Notes: generated from the sequence alone by a model not told the origin. A stretch of 62,841 bases of DNA from Anaerolineales bacterium UBA3082 (GCA_002366595.1 DFBK01000006.1:1429-64269); one strand, 5' to 3'. Positions 43,613 to 53,408 are shown, counted from the first letter of the stretch. Translations and numbers: made by a program.

Positions 43613-44755
43613 CTATTCAGTCTCTATCTCCAGCGTGGAGGGCACGACCTCTATCCAGGAGTTGCCCTCGGCCAGGGGGATGGGGTTACCCTCCTCGTCT
43701 GAGAGTTCGAGCATATGCGGCATCCATCGCCAGATCCAGCGGACGGGGATGAGATAGCCATCACGGAGGAGAAAGGCTTTGCTCCAAAGGGCGTTGCCGT
43801 CTTTGTCCTTGGCGTTGAGGACGATTTCGAGGGAGTGAACATAGTTGTACTCGTCCTCGATGATATCCGTCTCCCTGTGCTCTGCCCAGATGATTATGAC
43901 GTTAGAAGCCTTTATCTGCTCTCCAGTTGTCGCCTCGTCTTGAGGGGTACCGTTGATGAAGCGCAAATATCTCTGGCTTTCCTCGTCCCACCGCCAGGAG
44001 ACGCGATTATCGGGGAAATAGGGGATGAAGATCTCGTCCTTCTCCTCCTTTGGTGTGGCTGGATCTAAGGGACCAAAGAGGAGGGGTGGGCGGCCCATGG
44101 GTTCTTGCCACCCTCTCTCCTCGGCTATCTGCCAGAGGAGAGAGGTGCTGGTGAAGGTATTATAAGGCCACCCCGCCATTGGGCCTCGCACAAAGCCCGG
44201 GTCGCCGCGGGTTTCATCTAACCTGGGGAAATTGGTCTCGTTTTCAAGCCTCCAGATTACTCCTCCCCTGCTGGCCCCTCCGCCGCTGGCCCCGGCATGG
44301 GCGAAGATACCATCGAACATATAGGCTAGAGGGATATCGATGAGACGAGCGCTCCTCACCGGTCCGATCTTCTCGAAATCATGACAGAGATAGACAGCAT
44401 CGAAGCGGGTTATCCCCCCCTCGGCGAGGTGCTCGATCACTATATCCGCTTTATGGAGCCCGGACTGGGGGCGGGACCTTTTGTCGTTGCCTATTTTGAC
44501 TATCAGGGGCCTGCGCAGCGCCTTTTCCGGCTCCTGCATCGCTTCCCCGGTCAAGGGGCAACGGTCAGATTCTGGGGTCGGTGTAGGGGTTGGTGGAGTT
44601 GGGGTATCGGTGGGAGGAGCGACGGGGGTGACCAGGGGTCGGGGGGTCTTGGTGGGGGTAGGGGTAGCGATGGGACCACTTGGCCCGCAGCCAGTGAAGA
44701 AGGTGACGAGAAAGCCTACTAGGAGGAGCGACATCGCTCCCTTCGAACGTGCCAT
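43613..44755 (-). CDS. DUF3048-family lipoprotein with a PT linker
   Basis: FFTGC lipobox, PT-rich linker, and CPLTGE...RRPLIVKIGN....RPQSGL.KADIV.EHLAEGGITRF pattern of DUF3048/YerB-like proteins. Confidence 0.8.
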   Translation of the reverse strand: MARSKGAMSLLLVGFLVTFFTGCGPSGPIATPTPTKTPRPLVTPVAPPTDTPTPPTPTPTPESDRCPLTGEAMQEPEKALRRPLIVKIGNDKRSRPQSGLHKADIVIEHLAEGGITRFDAVYLCHDFEKIGPVRSARLIDIPLAYMFDGIFAHAGASGGGASRGGVIWRLENETNFPRLDETRGDPGFVRGPMAGWPYNTFTSTSLLWQIAEERGWQEPMGRPPLLFGPLDPATPKEEKDEIFIPYFPDNRVSWRWDEESQRYLRFINGTPQDEATTGEQIKASNVIIIWAEHRETDIIEDEYNYVHSLEIVLNAKDKDGNALWSKAFLLRDGYLIPVRWIWRWMPHMLELSDEEGNPIPLAEGNSWIEVVPSTLEIETE

Positions 44756-45226
44756 ATTCCTGACCTCCTGATCAGATATCGCTCAGATTATAGCATATCC
44801 TGCTTGGGCAAGGGAACTGCGATCAGCCACTATGCAATCAGAGGTGAGTCCTCCCTCAGATACCGAGTCTCGTTGGGAGACGAAGTGCAGGAGCCGATGG
44901 GTGAAGAGAACCTCAGCCTGTTGCGCAGTGCCATGTTAAGTTGACAAGGCCACTAGCCAATTAGCTATTGAGTCCTGGTGCATAAAGAGAGAATGGCCAG
45001 ATTCACAGGCTGCCCAGGTAGCCCCTCCGCTGCAACTTCCATCGGCAAGGGTTCTCTGGTATAATGGGGACAGAAAGAGGAGCCTGCTCTGTACTGTCTT
45101 CCCAATAGGAGCCATAATGATAGGTAGAAAATTAGAAGACATCACCCTACTCTTAGAGAGTTTATAACTACGCTTAAAGGGGGGTATGAGCCTCAGCCAT
45201 CAGGAACAAAGTTGGGCTATAATGGA

Positions 45227-45385
45227 ATGACTTCTCATGGTAACCCTTGCGAAGTCAAACCTGTAAATATCCGAAGTGGCTCTGGCAACAAGTTAAATGG
45301 CGGGGGTAACTTCAGTGATTTGACATATGAGCGGTTAGACCGTTACGAGCGAGATAACGTCATGATGGTTGCCTCCCAATTATGA
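45227..45385 (+). CDS. possible 52-aa ORF in the AT-rich island (not in the track)
   Basis: ATG...TGA ORF encoding MTSHGNPCEVKPVNIRSGSGNKLNGGGNFSDLTYERLDRYERDNVMMVASQL. No motif recognised and no clear SD. Confidence 0.2.
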   Translation: MTSHGNPCEVKPVNIRSGSGNKLNGGGNFSDLTYERLDRYERDNVMMVASQL

Positions 45386-45452
45386 AATCATAATTACTCG
45401 ACAAATTGCATGATTTGTTTTACCATATGTTTGCATCTGAAAGGACAAACAT

Positions 45453-45953
45453 ATGGTAAAGGCAAAAGTAGTTTCAGACAGACCAGCCAAAGCGAAATGT
45501 AAAGAGTGGTTGGAAAAGGCGGGATTTACGGACATCGTAGCAGCAAGAAAGCAAAGTTGTGACCTGATAGCTAGAAAATCGGACAAAATCTACTATATTG
45601 AAATAAAATATTCTTCGAAAGACAAGGGTAGATTTTTCGGCACAGTTATGCTAACCGAGATGTTTAAGGCTATATGCAACAAAGAGAATTATTTATTCTT
45701 GGTGTGCAGGGGCAAAGGCGAGAATATAAATGAGTGGAGTTTTCAGTTGTTCAGTGCTGAGGAGTTTATTAAATTTTGCACACTAACCACTCCAATTTTT
45801 CATTACCGTTTGGATGTAGAAGGACAGTTCAATTTGACTCCTCCAAGATTGATGGAAAAGACTACGCCAGCCTCGGAGGAACTAATCAAACAGATGTGGA
45901 GAGATTTCCAGACTTGGAAATCAAAGTATAGTGTAGCCGAAAAGGGAGATTAA
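45453..45953 (+). CDS. small PD-(D/E)xK nuclease-fold protein (Hjc/YraN/restriction-endonuclease-like)
   Basis: KEWLEKAGFTDIVAARKQSCDLIARKSDKIYYIEIKYSSK gives an E...D...ExK arrangement like Hjc/YraN nucleases. AT-rich gene. Confidence 0.55.
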   Translation: MVKAKVVSDRPAKAKCKEWLEKAGFTDIVAARKQSCDLIARKSDKIYYIEIKYSSKDKGRFFGTVMLTEMFKAICNKENYLFLVCRGKGENINEWSFQLFSAEEFIKFCTLTTPIFHYRLDVEGQFNLTPPRLMEKTTPASEELIKQMWRDFQTWKSKYSVAEKGD

Positions 45954-45955
45954 GT

Positions 45956-46180
45956 ATGGGCAACGCAAAGTATATCTTGACCAAATTTGAGAGGGTCTTG
46001 AGAGTTGAGAAAGTTGAGTATACAGTCGAGATTCCAGACGACATTAGAGACAAAAGGGGATATGCTACGGCACAACTACTAGAGTGTAATTACATGGATT
46101 GCAAAGTTGTGGATATACCGTTGAGCAAGATGCTAGACGAAGAGTTTCATAGTTTGCGGAAGGCCAGAGACATGAAGTAG
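45956..46180 (+). CDS. hypothetical 74-aa protein
   Basis: ORF starts 3 nt after the previous stop. It ends at a TAG that is in frame with the downstream methyltransferase remnant. Confidence 0.4.
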   Translation: MGNAKYILTKFERVLRVEKVEYTVEIPDDIRDKRGYATAQLLECNYMDCKVVDIPLSKMLDEEFHSLRKARDMK

Positions 46181-46678
46181 AGATTTTGGCAAGTAGAAGA
46201 GAGGATATATTGGCTGTATAAGCCAAAACAAAGTAGCAAAATAGGAAAGGAGTTGAGTTCGAGGCATGCTTTGCTGACTTCCATCTGGGAGATTCGCCCC
46301 GAACAAAAAATAGAACATCCAGCGCCCTTCCCGATCGAATTGCCTACTCGGTGTATTTATTCAATCCTGGATGGCAAGCCTGGCAATGTGATAGACCCTT
46401 ATGCGGGCAGTGGCACCACGTTAGTGGCCGCCAAGTTATTGGGTTGCAATTATCTTGGAATTGAAATTGCCGAAGGCTATGTCCGAATGGCTAGAGAACG
46501 ACTGAGAAATTATGAAAAGGAATGGACCAAGGTCCAGGCAGAGCTAGAAAACCATAAAGTAAGAAAGACCTTTAAGCAGAGGAAAAAGGAGGGTCTCTCG
46601 GTAGGCAAGTTTGCAAACAGGAAAAAGGCCGAAGAAGGTAAACAGAAAAGACTGTGGGAAGGTATTGAGAAACGATAG
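46181..46678 (+). pseudogene. N-terminally truncated beta-class N4/N6 DNA methyltransferase
   Basis: IYWLYKPK...IWEIRPEQKIEHPAPFPIELPTRCIYSIL...VIDPYAGSGTTLVAAKLLGCNYLGIEI holds the HPA.FP and AdoMet-binding (F/Y).GSGTT motifs. No (D/S)PPY catalytic motif is found upstream in any frame. Confidence 0.7.
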
Positions 46679-46929
46679 CATAGTACCAATCACGCGAGAC
46701 GTTATGCACTATTATACTTCCGGAGGGCTCGATTCCCTTCCCTTGCGCTCATTGGAGGAGGTTTATACTCTTCTATGATATAATAGAATCAGCCATCGAC
46801 CCTTGGCGGCGGTGAGGAAGAGCAGGAGAAAAGGTCGCTTGGATCCTCGGGACCGAGACGGCAAAGAGATAGAAATCAAAGCCTCTCAGAGCCCTGAGAG
46901 GCTTTTAATTATGATAAAGGAGGAGATCT

Positions 46930-47835
46930 ATGATCGCTCGCTGGTGCCGCTGGGTGGTATTGCTTCTCTCTATTTCCGCCCTACTTTTGGGCTGCAAGGC
47001 TGAGCCCCCTCTGGGGAGCGCAGAGAGGCCGATAGTGATGGGCTTCGTCCCTTCCGTGGAGACGGGACAACTCCTGGAGACCACCACGGCTTTGACTAAA
47101 CTATTAGAGGAGGAGACAGGCTACCAGATAGAGCCCCGCATCCCCACCGATTACGCCGCAGTGGTGGAAGGGTTGGGGGCAGGGAAAGTGGATGTGGCGC
47201 AACTCTCGGCGGTGGCTTACGTCCTGGCCCACGACAAATATGGAGCCCAGACCATCTTGGTGACCATCCGCAAGGGGAAGACGGACTACAGGGGCCAGAT
47301 CATCGTCCGCGCGGATAGCGATATCCACTCTCTAGATGATCTGGAAGGGAAGGATTTCTCCTTCGTAGACCCCACCTCAGCCTCGGGTCATATCTATCCC
47401 AAGGCGCTCCTAATCCATGAAGGGTACGACCCCGATACCTTCTTCGGGCAGACCGTCTTTGCGGGGGGACATGACCGGGTGATCGTGGCGGTCATGGACG
47501 GGACAGTGGACGCGGGGGCCATCTACGATGGGGCTCGCGACCTCCCGGCCATCCAGGAGATGTATCCCGACATCATGGAGGATACAAGGGTCATCGCCGA
47601 GACAAAGCCTATCCCCCTAGATACTATCGTAGTACGGAAGGGCCTGCCTCCAGAGATGGTGCAGAAGATCAAAGACGCCTTTCTGGCTGTGGCTGCCACC
47701 GATGAGGGAGCCATCATCCTGGCCAACCCCTACGGCATAGATGGGTATCTCCCTTCCCAGGACTCGGATTACGACCCTGTGCGCGATGCGGCAGGGGCCC
47801 TGGGGATAGACCTGGAGGAGTGGGTAAAAGAGTAG
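46930..47835 (+). CDS. phosphonate/phosphite ABC transporter substrate-binding protein (PhnD-like), orphan
   Basis: Signal/lipoprotein-like N-terminus (LLGC); IVMGFVPS....L......L...L....G; YRGQIIVRADS; FVDPTSASGHIYP. No permease or ATPase genes adjacent. Confidence 0.8.
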   Translation: MIARWCRWVVLLLSISALLLGCKAEPPLGSAERPIVMGFVPSVETGQLLETTTALTKLLEEETGYQIEPRIPTDYAAVVEGLGAGKVDVAQLSAVAYVLAHDKYGAQTILVTIRKGKTDYRGQIIVRADSDIHSLDDLEGKDFSFVDPTSASGHIYPKALLIHEGYDPDTFFGQTVFAGGHDRVIVAVMDGTVDAGAIYDGARDLPAIQEMYPDIMEDTRVIAETKPIPLDTIVVRKGLPPEMVQKIKDAFLAVAATDEGAIILANPYGIDGYLPSQDSDYDPVRDAAGALGIDLEEWVKE

Positions 47836-47911
47836 ACCTATTTGAGCCCCAGTTCCGCTAGTTTCTCATCCTTGCGCCCCCCGGGGGCCAGCCTCGGAGT
47901 TTGTAATATTC

Positions 47912-48109
47912 TTGAGGCATCATATCCAGATCGGGCAAGAGCTCTTTCGCCTTGCCCGAGGGGCGAGAGTGGGTGAGGAGCCGCTGGTAGGGGCGTACGG
48001 CGCGGAGGCTATCTCAGCAGCCATCCTCTCTGCTGTGCGCCAGGCGAAAAGCGCTGGCGGGCTTTTAGCCTGGCGGGATATCCAATCCAGCCCTGGCCCA
48101 AGCCGGTGA
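47912..48109 (+). pseudogene. possible C-terminal remnant of a P1/S58 (DmpA-like) peptidase gene
   Basis: GAEAISAAILSAVRQAKSAGGLLAWRDI resembles the C-terminal helix of that family. No upstream body is present. Confidence 0.25.
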
Positions 48110-48880
48110 GCCTCTAATGCGATAGCATCGTTACTTCTAGTTAGGATAGGCGTCGAAGAGGAAGCCGGTGATACCAAGCGTTCACCGGTTTTCGATACCC
48201 AGACCGCGAGGGGCTGGGCGGCAAGATATACTGAGTTGAGAGTTATTGCAGTGAGTGAGAGATTGTGGACTTGAAGGCGGTTGCTCCTAAACAGCCCAGA
48301 AGGTAATGCCCTCGACTGGAGTCGAGGATCTCAATACCCGCCCCAGAACGACCTTCATCCACAGCCTAAGGAGGCAGCATAATAAACGTAAGGCTGAGTG
48401 ATCAGATCACCCAGCCCTGGCGGCATCTGCTCGCATTTGGGGAGTAATGTGGGTGTTGCCTCCCTCATTATAGCATATAGCATCCATCGGGTGAAGGGGC
48501 GGAAATTGACGCGCTGCCTGAAGAACTGCGCTGAGTTGCCAAGCAATTCACAAGGACCGATGTCTCTCCACCTCAACATGGCATCGACGACGAGGGGGGA
48601 CTAGGGGTAGAAAGCAACTACACGCCAAATTGAATTCCTGCCAGCAGGGGAGGAATAGGCGATTCACCCGACCCATTTGCCGCTAGGTTGTTCCAGTGCC
48701 CGCCACTTCTTGGCTCCCCCGAACTTCCTTTCGATCGCTTTTCGGCTCTTCAAGGCTTCCCTCTTCCGCTCTGGGGTTTATCTTAACCCTCGGTTCTCCG
48801 AGGCTATCAAGGAACGAATCACATGAGAAAATGGAGAGAAGCCTAAACCAAACCTTAACTTTCTATGGAGGTGAACCAGG

Positions 48881-48886
48881 TATAAT
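48881..48886 (+). promoter_or_regulatory. candidate -10 box (TATAAT) driving the riboswitch leader
   Basis: Perfect TATAAT ~40 nt upstream of the aptamer. No convincing -35. Confidence 0.35.
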
Positions 48887-48926
48887 AAGGTTGAAATTGA
48901 ATAGGTCTCCTCATCTCTCTCAGAGG

Positions 48927-49036
48927 ACATGACTCCGAAAGGGCAAACTCGCTGAAAAGCGGGGGCGCAAAGCCGCGGGTCCGAGCATCCAGGGGACAGC
49001 CGGGCTGCCGAAGAGGTTCGCTTTACGGTAGCCCGA
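48927..49036 (+). promoter_or_regulatory. c-di-GMP-I (GEMM-I-like) riboswitch aptamer
   Basis: aGGGCAAACucgcuGAAAagcggggGCGCAAAGCCgcggg closely parallels, from memory, the Vc2 core AGGGCAAACCAUUCGAAAGAGUGGGACGCAAAGCCUCCGG (GNRA tetraloop hairpin plus ACGCAAAGCC). A second hairpin ending ...CGGUAGCCCG follows. The element sits in the 5' leader of an HD-GYP gene. Confidence 0.7.
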
Positions 49037-49049
49037 TTTTCTTTTGTGT
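49001..49049 (+). terminator. stem-loop plus U-tract at the 3' side of the riboswitch (possible expression platform)
   Basis: cgggctgccg / cggtagcccg form a 10-bp stem (one G-U pair) followed by attttcttttgtgt. It is ~90 nt upstream of the GTG at 49139. Confidence 0.5.
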
Positions 49050-49138
49050 CGGTAGTTCCAAAGGTGGGGGCGTGTGACGCGTGCTTTAGTCTCCTGAACT
49101 GGTGATCCAAGTCTCGTGGCGAACAAGGAGGTGAGTAA

Positions 49139-51040
49139 GTGGGAAGTCTACGGACGAAGGCTCGCACTGCGGGCTACCTTTCCCTAGCCTTGCTATGTTC
49201 ATTGCTCGCTTTTCTCGTGGTGCTCGGTGGGGGCGAGTTGCCAGCCGAGGAATATAGCAGCTACCTAGCACCCGTGCTCTTGGTGGTGGGGGCTGCGGTG
49301 GCCATGTTGCTTGCCCTAAGGACACCTAGCCCAGCCAAGGCTGAGCCCTCACCTGTACCATATGCTGAGGTCCCCAGTCGAGATCTTCGAGCCATCGTCT
49401 CGGTGGCAAGGCTGGCACGGGCTGGTCAGGATGTTTCCACGGTTTTGGAGCATACCCTGGATAAGGCGCTGGAGATTACCGGTCTCAAAGAGGGGGCCAT
49501 CTACTTCCCAGCTGAGCCATCAGGGAAACCCCTGCCGAGCGTCTGCCGAAGCCCGACAGGGCACAGGAATTGTCTAGCCTCTCTTGCCTTCAGGGAAGAA
49601 CTGGTGGCCCTCGTAATCGAGTCCGGCCAGCCCGTTGTGAGTGACGGGCGAGCCGGCATCTCCTCCGGTGAACCGAAGTTACAGGTTAGAGACGGGGGCA
49701 CTTGGGCGATCGTCCCCATTCCTTGTCAACGGGTTCGAGGCGCTCTCGCCGTGGCCCAGCGCTGGACTGGTGGCCTCCGTGACGGATGCGTGGAGTCGCT
49801 TATCACACTGGGTCAGGTGGCTGGCGTAGTGCTGGACATCCTGAGGATGTTGGAGGAAGGCAATACGAACTTCCACGAAATGAGATCTCTGCATCAGATC
49901 TCCTTGGAGATCACCAGTAAACTCGACCCAGGGAGTGTAGCCAAGTCCCTGGTCGAGAGGGCTACTGAGTTGATGGGAGGTTTCTGTGGTGCAGTATATC
50001 TTGCCAGCGAAGAGTCTAATGACCTAACCCGCGTGGGAGGGGTCTTATCCGGTGAATATCCTTGGGGTGAAATTATCAAGATATGCGATTGGCTCGCATC
50101 CCATGTGGTGAGCAAGGGCATATCCACCATCGTCAGCGGCGATCATCTCTTGGAAGGGGCGGCTGTGCAGTGGGGTGATAACCGTCTGGCACCGGCTGCT
50201 ATTTGTGCGCCGCTGCAGTGGCAAGGGGAAACGAAGGGTGCGGTTCTCGTGTTGGTAGAGGGTGGCGCTGGCCCTCCTTCCAGCGATGATCTTCAGCTCC
50301 TGAGGCTAATGGCCAACCAGGCAGCGATCGCCGTGCAAAACTCTGAACTCTACTCCCAAGCCAATCGGCTGTTCGTGGAGAGCATCGGAGCGCTCTCCGA
50401 TGCCATCGAGATCCGAGATGCCTACACCGCCGGGCATTCCCAGCAGATAGCCCTATATTGCTTAGCCATCGCCGAAGAGCTCGCACTCCCGGAAAGGGAG
50501 CAGGAATTGCTGCACTTCGCCGCCCTATTGCACGATATTGGCAAGATCGGCGTAAGCGACGCCATCCTGAGAAAACCAGGCAGGCTTTCTGCTCAAGAGT
50601 TGGTGGAGATGAGACGACATTGCGCCATTGGAGCTCGCGTAGCCAAGCGGATAGAGAAGCTCCGTCCCGTGGTGCCCATCATCTACCATCATCACGAACG
50701 TTACGACGGGTTGGGTTATCCGGATGGCCTAAAAGGTGAGGTGATTCCGCTATTGGCCCGAGTGTTGGCGGTGGCTGACGCATTGGGGGCCATGACCAGC
50801 GATCGGCCTTATCGCCAGGCCTTTTCCATGGCGCGCGCGCTCGATGAAATCAATGAGGCTTCGGGAAGTCAATTTGACCCCGTGGTGGTTGAAGCCCTTT
50901 TTCGCGCCCTGAGACACTTGGAAGTGCCACCCCGAAGCCCAGGCCCTCCAATGTTCGAATCACAGGAGACGGTCGCCGCGACACACGAAGCAGAGCGGCG
51001 AAGAGAACCGATGGGGATTCCCACATTGGAATTCCATTAA
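49139..51040 (+). CDS. membrane-anchored GAF-GAF-HD-GYP c-di-GMP phosphodiesterase
   Basis: Two TM helices and two GAF-like regions. HD-GYP domain motifs: HSQQIA, LLHDIGKIGV, HHERYDGLGYPDGL and DALGAMTSDRPYR. Confidence 0.9.
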   Translation: MGSLRTKARTAGYLSLALLCSLLAFLVVLGGGELPAEEYSSYLAPVLLVVGAAVAMLLALRTPSPAKAEPSPVPYAEVPSRDLRAIVSVARLARAGQDVSTVLEHTLDKALEITGLKEGAIYFPAEPSGKPLPSVCRSPTGHRNCLASLAFREELVALVIESGQPVVSDGRAGISSGEPKLQVRDGGTWAIVPIPCQRVRGALAVAQRWTGGLRDGCVESLITLGQVAGVVLDILRMLEEGNTNFHEMRSLHQISLEITSKLDPGSVAKSLVERATELMGGFCGAVYLASEESNDLTRVGGVLSGEYPWGEIIKICDWLASHVVSKGISTIVSGDHLLEGAAVQWGDNRLAPAAICAPLQWQGETKGAVLVLVEGGAGPPSSDDLQLLRLMANQAAIAVQNSELYSQANRLFVESIGALSDAIEIRDAYTAGHSQQIALYCLAIAEELALPEREQELLHFAALLHDIGKIGVSDAILRKPGRLSAQELVEMRRHCAIGARVAKRIEKLRPVVPIIYHHHERYDGLGYPDGLKGEVIPLLARVLAVADALGAMTSDRPYRQAFSMARALDEINEASGSQFDPVVVEALFRALRHLEVPPRSPGPPMFESQETVAATHEAERRREPMGIPTLEFH

Positions 51041-51167
51041 CGGCACTGCCGTTACCAAGTCGAATGTTTCAATTGTCTAGCCTGGGTCTCAGGGAGGAGC
51101 GGGAGATTCATTATGACAGAGGCCTCAGGTCTGCAGGCCCGCGGAGTATCCCGGCCTGGAAGCAAAC

Positions 51168-53015
51168 GTGGCTGCTTCTACGAAGATGAAAGGGGGACAT
51201 AGACCAATCATGACAGTAGGCGAGCATCCTGTAAAGGAGGGCCAGCATAAAGGTCTACGCAACCTGGCTTGGATCGCCCCGGCAGCAATTGCTCTCATAG
51301 TCTGCATCACGGCTCTGGTGGCGGCCCTGCGGACGGTTGGCAACGGCCATTGGTTTTATCTCGCTATTATGGTTTCATTTTTGGCTTTCGGAGCCGCGTT
51401 ATTGACTAGGGCAGCCATTTCTAGCGCTCGCGAGACCGCCGGAGAGAAGGAAATCAACCCCGACCGAGCCGAAGCGGAGTGGCTGCGCCCCCTTTTCGAT
51501 GCTCTAACGCGGATTTGGCTAATTCGAGGCCCGGGGGACGACCCAGAAGCCACCATCGCCTTGGCCGTGGAGAGCCTGGCGACGGGCATAGGCCTTGGCG
51601 AGATTGCGGCTTTCTTAGTTGACCAGACGGAGGAAAGGTTGCGACTGGTCGCTCACTACTCCCGTTCACCCACGGGCAGCAGGGTGAAAGTGCCAGATCT
51701 AGCCATGAAAATGGCGCAGCGCGCACTTCACTCGCGACACCCGGTTGAAAGTAATGCTTTTCCCTATCTCAGGCAGCATCCGATTCAGACCCACGCTCAA
51801 GCGATGGCTATCTCAGCGTTGGCACAGCCTTTCGGATCCAAGGGACGGATTTGGGGTGCGTTGTTCGTGGCTAGTGAGCCAGGTGGTTCCTTGTCTGGAG
51901 ATCAGAGGGGCGTTGTTAGGGCCTTTGGTGAGATCCTGGCGATGACGCTCGACGCCACCTTGTTGTATGGTGAGGTCCGGCGGAGTCGAGATCAGATGGC
52001 CACTCTCTTCCAGATCACGATCGATATCACCTCGCACTTGCAACTGGAAGAGTTGTTGGGGTCCATAGTGCGCAGGACAGTGACGCTTCTCGATGGATTC
52101 TGCGGGGGGGTCCGACTTGTAGAGCGCACGGAGTCTGTTTGGGAATATGGGCCGATTACTTTCTGGCCGGTTGGTGAAAACAACAACGATCTATTCCTGG
52201 CCCTAGAAAGTGAGACCAGGGGCGTGGTTGAGAATGGCAGGTCGAAAGTCATTGAGATATCGCCACCGACCGCAAAGGCTTCGGGTGAGGGCGGAAGTGG
52301 TAGTAATGCTGTTGCCATCATCGTGCCTATGAAATGGGAAGGAGATGTGATCGGTGTGCTCTATGTTCTGATGGACCGGCAAGGCCGTCCTTTCGCCGAG
52401 ACGGATGCGTCCCTGCTCAATCTCCTAGCCTCTCAGGCGGCGATCGCCGTCCAGAACTCGCGGCTCTACGAGAACTGCCAGACATTAGCCGTGACCGATC
52501 CTCTGACTGGCTTGTACAACCGTCGATTCTTCTCAGAGGAACTGGGGAAGGAGATATCAAGAAGCGTGCGAGAAGGTAAACCGCTCTCGCTAATCGTGTT
52601 AGATGTCGATTTCCTCAAGAAGCATAATGATTCCAGGGGACATCTTGAAGGTGATAAGTTGTTGTGTGGAATAGCAGAGGTTCTGAGGCTTGTGGTCAGG
52701 GAATCCGATACCGCAAGCAGGTACGGGGGTGACGAATTTGCGGCCTTGCTGCCAGGGGCAACCGAGGCGGAGGCGCTGCAGATTGCAGAGAGAATTCGCT
52801 CTGAAGTAGAGTCGGGGGAACTGGCTGGGGCAGCGATATCGGTCAGCGTTGGGGTGGCCACTTTCCCGACGGATGCTTGCGAGGCAGAGAACCTCATGTT
52901 GATGGCCGATCGGCGGCTCTATGCAGCCAAGGCGTTAGGACGCAACCGAGTGTGCGGTTCGAAGGCTGACTCTTCAAGAGAAGGGTCGATGGTCGCCCTG
53001 ATGTCAGAGCCATGA
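51168..53015 (+). CDS. membrane-anchored GAF-GAF-GGDEF diguanylate cyclase
   Basis: DPLTGLYNRRFF, LIVLDVDFLKKHND..GHLEGD, RYGGDEFAALLPG, and NRV at the C-terminus. Confidence 0.9.
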   Translation: MAASTKMKGGHRPIMTVGEHPVKEGQHKGLRNLAWIAPAAIALIVCITALVAALRTVGNGHWFYLAIMVSFLAFGAALLTRAAISSARETAGEKEINPDRAEAEWLRPLFDALTRIWLIRGPGDDPEATIALAVESLATGIGLGEIAAFLVDQTEERLRLVAHYSRSPTGSRVKVPDLAMKMAQRALHSRHPVESNAFPYLRQHPIQTHAQAMAISALAQPFGSKGRIWGALFVASEPGGSLSGDQRGVVRAFGEILAMTLDATLLYGEVRRSRDQMATLFQITIDITSHLQLEELLGSIVRRTVTLLDGFCGGVRLVERTESVWEYGPITFWPVGENNNDLFLALESETRGVVENGRSKVIEISPPTAKASGEGGSGSNAVAIIVPMKWEGDVIGVLYVLMDRQGRPFAETDASLLNLLASQAAIAVQNSRLYENCQTLAVTDPLTGLYNRRFFSEELGKEISRSVREGKPLSLIVLDVDFLKKHNDSRGHLEGDKLLCGIAEVLRLVVRESDTASRYGGDEFAALLPGATEAEALQIAERIRSEVESGELAGAAISVSVGVATFPTDACEAENLMLMADRRLYAAKALGRNRVCGSKADSSREGSMVALMSEP

Positions 53016-53046
53016 TTCGATCAGTTAAACTAAGGGGGTGGGCTAG

Positions 53047-53202
53047 ATGCTTAGCAGGGTGAGAGAAGAAACAGCACAGGGGCTAACGGAATATGCCTTG
53101 CTCTACTTAGGGGTAGCCCTGGCTCTAATTGTCTTACTTGGCGTTTTCGGCGAGCAGGTTACAGACGTCTATCAGCGGATCATCATCCAGTTGCCATTCT
53201 GA
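53047..53202 (+). CDS. flp: Flp/Fap-family type IVb pilin (51 aa, below the track cutoff)
   Basis: MLSRVREETAQGLTEYALLYLGVALALIVLLGVF... carries the G-x-x-E-Y Flp processing motif followed by a hydrophobic helix. SD aaggggg lies upstream and the gene sits directly upstream of the tadE-like genes. Confidence 0.8.
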   Translation: MLSRVREETAQGLTEYALLYLGVALALIVLLGVFGEQVTDVYQRIIIQLPF

Positions 53203-53408
53203 AATCGAGGGCTATCTGCTTAAAATCGGTTCCTGCCACACCGTGGCGGAGCCAATTCTTGAATGATGAGGGAAGCCGAATGACCTGTTAAGGCTGCGGA
53301 TGGAGAGGCAGGACCCGGCCATCGTCCGTAGAATCGCTACGAGGACTTCACTATGTTGGCTCGCACGCCTTTTTGACTTTTCGTTGGAAGAATGGTAGAA
53401 TAATGACA

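Noticed and set aside
44788-48478. attatagcatat occurs at ~44788 and ~48466 and might mark direct-repeat boundaries of an integrated element around the AT-rich island.
   Set aside because: A 12-mer pair is within chance expectation. No extended flanking similarity or integrase supports an element boundary.
48778-49167. 129-aa minus-strand ORF overlapping the riboswitch region.
   Set aside because: It overlaps the GEMM-I-like aptamer and the HD-GYP start, and it has no motif or SD. The structured-RNA explanation is much better supported.
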